DNA from: a virus
Lineage: Duplodnaviria > Caudoviricetes
Virus record (IMG/VR): IMGVR_UViG_3300016484_000704
Coordinates: 1 to 35,637 of that record
Length of the DNA: 35,637 nucleotides
Reading direction: 5' to 3' (one strand)
Part shown: piece by piece, positions 35,103-35,637 of the stretch
How the letters are laid out: every line of letters begins with the position of its first letter
Numbering within the stretch: the first letter of the stretch is position 1
Program-made: the position numbers and the translations under genes
The notes under the pieces: generated by a model
What the model was told of the DNA's origin: nothing
Seen by the model: the letters and a program-made list of their open reading frames with translations, nothing else
Databases searched by the model: none

Positions 35103-35627
35103 ATGAGTGAAGAGCCCGTAGACCAGACTGAGGTTGCGGCTGAGGTAGAGGCTGACGCGGTCGAGGTAGGGCGACCCAAGCCTCGCGTCAAGCCAAAGCC
35201 TGACCTGCCCGCGGAGGAACTCCAGGACCCCGACCTAGCTCACGAGGTCGCAGGCGAGCCGGAGGCGCAGCAGGCGGAGCCTGCGGCTGAGCCACAGTCG
35301 CAGCCTCAGTCTACACCAGCACCCACCGAGCCTGCGGTATACCAAGCTGCGGTAACCGGTGAGCGCGACGACGTGTACCTTGACAAGTGCATCGTCAAGA
35401 ATGTCTACAACAAGAAGAGCCTAACGGTCCACCACCTGCAGCGTCGACTGTGGGAACTCGGCTTCACGTCAGCTGCCGAGGACAAGGACGGTTACTACAG
35501 CGACCTGACCATTGACGCCGTGGCTGCCTTCCAGGCAGCTAATGGTCTCGATGAGACAGGCATCGTCGACGAGGAAACTTTCAAGGCGATCTTCAATGGT
35601 GACCCGATCGTGATCGTCCACGTCTAG
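35103..35627 (+). CDS. Peptidoglycan-binding domain protein with an acidic disordered N-terminus
   Basis: V..LQRRL.ELGF...DG.Y...T..AV.AFQ..NGL..TGIVD..T. Confidence 0.85.
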   Translation: MSEEPVDQTEVAAEVEADAVEVGRPKPRVKPKPDLPAEELQDPDLAHEVAGEPEAQQAEPAAEPQSQPQSTPAPTEPAVYQAAVTGERDDVYLDKCIVKNVYNKKSLTVHHLQRRLWELGFTSAAEDKDGYYSDLTIDAVAAFQAANGLDETGIVDEETFKAIFNGDPIVIVHV

Positions 35628-35637
35628 CCCAACAACC

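Overview
This is a fragment of a large tailed phage genome, most likely infecting Actinobacteria (high GC, actinophage-type holin and amidase, several apparently leaderless genes). Nearly all genes lie on the + strand. In order: (1) 1-2952, a tandem array of small Cys/His proteins sharing an HDxLC...CxC..I..VRxDER module. (2) 4.3-7.1 kb, collagen-like fibre genes. (3) 8.0-11.4 kb, a pyruvyltransferase-like enzyme, a SAM methyltransferase, a GH130-like propeller and a thioredoxin. (4) 11.4-11.9 kb, an AT-rich origin-like gap. (5) 12.7-15.2 kb, holin, amidase endolysin and a terminase-small-subunit-like gene. (6) 15.7-32.9 kb, an accessory region divided into cassettes by 24 copies of CCTGATATAATAG (an extended -10 promoter with no shared -35), most followed by an ACGACGAA-GGAC leader. 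The first cassette appears to be a structured non-coding RNA with a tRNA-His-like anticodon arm and pseudoknots, and several 3' hairpins carry loops antisense to the shared leader. Other cassettes encode a MoxR-type AAA+/vWA pair, HTH, WGR and DUF6011-like proteins, and an HslV/proteasome-like protease gene lies within this region. (7) 33-35.6 kb, a membrane-anchored lytic transglycosylase-like protein, a histone H1-like protein and a peptidoglycan-binding protein. No integrase, CRISPR array, canonical tRNA or rRNA was seen. All family assignments come from reading motifs by eye, not from database searches.
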